A DNA stretch of 12,937 nt from a virus. Shown here one piece after another: positions 12,868 through 12,937 of the stretch (its first letter is position 1; every line of letters begins with the position of its first letter). The DNA lies in UHGV virus genome UHGV-0262016; one strand, 5' to 3'. A program made the position numbers and the translations under genes. The notes beneath the pieces are model-generated. The model did not search any database, was not told the DNA's origin, and saw only the letters and a list, made by a program, of their open reading frames with translations.

Positions 12868-12937
12868 GTGCGGGTATTACTTCGACCTGTTCTGGTACCG
12901 GAACTCGGGCTGGTGGTCGTTAAGCCGGGCCGTGAAT
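12868..12937 (+). CDS. 5' end of a gene running off the right edge (possibly YdfU/DUF968-like by position)
   Basis: GTG at 12868 with SD GGAGG 4 nt upstream, directly after the previous stop. Open to the window end (MRVLLRPVLVPELGLVVVKPGRE...). Confidence 0.35.
   Translation, partial: MRVLLRPVLVPELGLVVVKPGRE

Larger units (their letters stand above)
1..12937. mobile_element. Segment of a lambdoid prophage (Qin/Rac-like mosaic): leftward recombination/kil operon, immunity region, rightward replication operon and toxin loci
   Basis: Gene order and strand layout: divergent repressor/cro-like pair flanked by operator palindromes, leftward dicB/exonuclease operon, rightward replication gene with internal iterons, hok locus. 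Synteny compared with K-12 Qin and Rac from memory. Confidence 0.85.

Noticed and set aside
1-12937. CRISPR arrays, tRNA/rRNA genes, IS elements/transposases, integrase or att sites
   Set aside because: No spacer-repeat arrays, no cloverleaf-compatible segments, and no recombinase-like ORFs were seen; the only repeats are operators, ori iterons, the 19-bp inverted repeat and the duplicated terminator.

Overview
This window reads as the early/immunity region of a lambdoid prophage from an Enterobacteriaceae (E. coli-like) genome, mosaic between the Qin and Rac types as I recall them from E. coli K-12. All identifications come from reading the sequence plus recalled family knowledge; no database search was run. 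Leftward (minus-strand) operon from a consensus PL-like promoter: ydfA/ydfB/ydfC-like small genes (51/42/72 aa), an AT-rich insertion, a DicF-like sRNA with its terminator, dicB (62 aa), a ydfD-like gene, and the first 693 codons of a RecE-like exonuclease running off the left edge. Centre: a 158-aa HTH repressor (RacR-like) flanked by operators built on TTAGGC-N3-GCCTAA palindromes, divergent from a Cro-like/YdaS-YdaT-like pair. Rightward operon: an O-like replication initiator with five ~23-bp iterons and an AT-rich repeat block inside the gene, about nine small translationally coupled genes (including an HNH endonuclease and a probable DUF4406 protein), then a strong intrinsic terminator. 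Right end: a hok-type type I toxin locus with 5'/3' fold-back complementarity, then a Doc-family toxin with an upstream small ORF bracketed by two copies of the same 20-bp terminator, then two further ORFs. The most interesting candidates for undescribed biology are the AT-rich convergent gene pair in the sieB-equivalent slot with the hairpin-dense non-coding region beside it, and the terminator-bracketed Doc cassette with a non-canonical partner ORF. No tRNA, rRNA, CRISPR array or transposase was seen.
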